Below, in pieces: positions 63,121-64,000 of a DNA stretch of 64,000 nucleotides. Under the pieces are notes generated by a model, which saw only the letters and a list, made by a program, of their open reading frames with translations, was not told the origin of the DNA and made no database searches. How positions within the stretch are numbered: position 1 is the stretch's first letter; every line of letters starts with the position of its first letter. The stretch is from assembly GCA_003141415.1 (NCBI GenBank), contig PLLX01000164.1, forward strand, positions 44,030 through 108,029. Reading direction: 5' to 3'. Origin of the DNA: Bacteroidales bacterium (GTDB lineage Bacteria > Bacteroidota > Bacteroidia > Bacteroidales > VadinHA17). The position numbers and the translations under genes are program-made.

Positions 63121-64000
63121 AAGTTATTTTATCGTAGATATTCAGCAGGCTTTTCAAAATGTCATCAGGATTATGTCTTTTATGGGCTTTTATTCTCGCA
63201 TTTCGACCCAGTTGCTTTGCTTTTTCATAATTAATGGTTAATTCAACAATGGCTCCAGCCAATGAATAAGGTTCTCCCTCCTGCACTAAAATTCCCTCCA
63301 TTTCATTTTCTAGCAGAGATGAAACACCGCCAACGTTTGTTGCAATAACTGGCATACCTAATGCCATTGCCTCACATACACTATTCGGGCTATTCTCTAT
63401 GTATGAAGGATGAAGGTAAAAATTAGAATTGCATAACTGGTTTACCAGGTCCTCAGAGGTAACTTTACCAAGAAACTCAATTTTAACAGAGCTAAGTTCT
63501 TTCCTGTATTTTTTTTTGATTATTTTAATTATTGCATCATTTTGTGAAATACCGCAAACTTTAAGTGAAATTGATAAGTCCGAATACTTTTTCAGAACAT
63601 ATAAAGCTTCAATTAATAAGTTAATCCCTTTATAAGAGGTGCTTTTAATAATAGAAATACATTTTATTTCATCACCGAGAGGAAAATCCCATTTCTTCTC
63701 GAAGAAATTCTTTCTGATAAATTCTTCACAATGGAAATAATTTGAACCCGGTGATAACAATGCTGCGATCCGTTTGTCAAAATCTGTGCGACCCATAAAA
63801 TATTTACAGTTCTTTAAAATGGTCTCTTCTGTTTTGGCCCTTTTTTTAAAGTATACAAAATCATTGAAACTCCCACGCATCATTAATAAATTTTTGAGGC
63901 TTTCATACCTGAATTGGTTCCATCGTGATATACCAGTAAACCATTTACCCTGCCAAACCAGTAAATATCCCTGAATATGAATAACAACCGGTGTAGTTTC
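63092..64000 (-). CDS. Glycosyltransferase family 4, C-terminal part; N-terminus lies beyond the window end
   Basis: NSPNSVCEAMALGMPVIATNVGGVSSLLENEMEGILV. Manual translation shows the frame stays open upstream of the track's Met (63883) to nt 64000 (...ETTPVVIHIQGYLLVWQGKWFTGISRWNQFRYESLKNLLMMRGS...). Confidence 0.8.
   Translation of the reverse strand, partial: ETTPVVIHIQGYLLVWQGKWFTGISRWNQFRYESLKNLLMMRGSFNDFVYFKKRAKTEETILKNCKYFMGRTDFDKRIAALLSPGSNYFHCEEFIRKNFFEKKWDFPLGDEIKCISIIKSTSYKGINLLIEALYVLKKYSDLSISLKVCGISQNDAIIKIIKKKYRKELSSVKIEFLGKVTSEDLVNQLCNSNFYLHPSYIENSPNSVCEAMALGMPVIATNVGGVSSLLENEMEGILVQEGEPYSLAGAIVELTINYEKAKQLGRNARIKAHKRHNPDDILKSLLNIYDKITYENGRKELS

Noticed and set aside
1-64000. 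Search by eye for CRISPR arrays, tRNA/rRNA genes, transposases, integrases, toxin-antitoxin pairs and known defence-system genes.
   Set aside because: I found no regularly spaced direct repeats and no cloverleaf-capable GC-rich ~75-nt segment in the spacers. No ORF has recombinase, transposase, nuclease-helicase or other defence hallmarks. rmuC is present, but it stands alone between metabolic genes.

Overview
This is an AT-rich, gene-dense chromosomal segment that looks like Bacteroidota. The evidence is a T9SS PorP/SprF gene, CarboxypepD_reg-type TonB-dependent receptors, DUF4249 lipoproteins and a Wza/Wzc/WbaP-type polysaccharide locus. I see no rRNA, tRNA, CRISPR array, transposase, integrase or phage genes. 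All domain calls are made by eye from the translations; nothing was computed or searched, and identity values are visual estimates. The ORF track uses alternative start codons (for example TTG at 33732), so some starts are uncertain.

The window has three blocks.

(1) 1-29.8 kb is a glycan-utilisation region. It holds GH3, a GH140-like gene, two GH29 fucosidases, GH2, DUF1080, a Tat-exported TIM-barrel isomerase-like protein, and an Fe-ADH plus LsrG-like ABM pair. It has no SusC/SusD pair. Instead it carries two tandem, diverged copies of a four-gene outer-membrane cassette: a small secreted protein, an STN/CarboxypepD_reg TonB-dependent receptor, one or two DUF4249 lipoproteins, and a ~727-aa MG2/plug-like protein without a barrel. 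This cassette is my best candidate for an undescribed system. rmuC, a PPK2 gene and a Dabb gene interrupt the block.

(2) 30.0-33.0 kb holds a PorP/SprF plus PD40/SPOR protein pair and an orphan SiaC-like (DUF1987) gene.

(3) 33.7 to beyond 64.0 kb is a ~30-kb polysaccharide (EPS/CPS) locus built from two convergent operons. The plus-strand operon has initiation and export genes followed by an unusual ACP / AsnB-like / NadE-like / AMP-ligase / HemK-like methyltransferase module. The minus-strand operon has a UDP-L-FucNAc pathway (fnlA/B/C type), glycosyltransferases, acyl/acetyltransferases and several enzymes I cannot assign. The minus-strand operon shows decay or variation in four places:
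- the Wzx flippase is a multiply disrupted pseudogene;
- fnlC is split by an in-frame TAA;
- one GT gene carries an A11 tract;
- one 884-aa ORF is a fusion of two paralogous GT-like modules.
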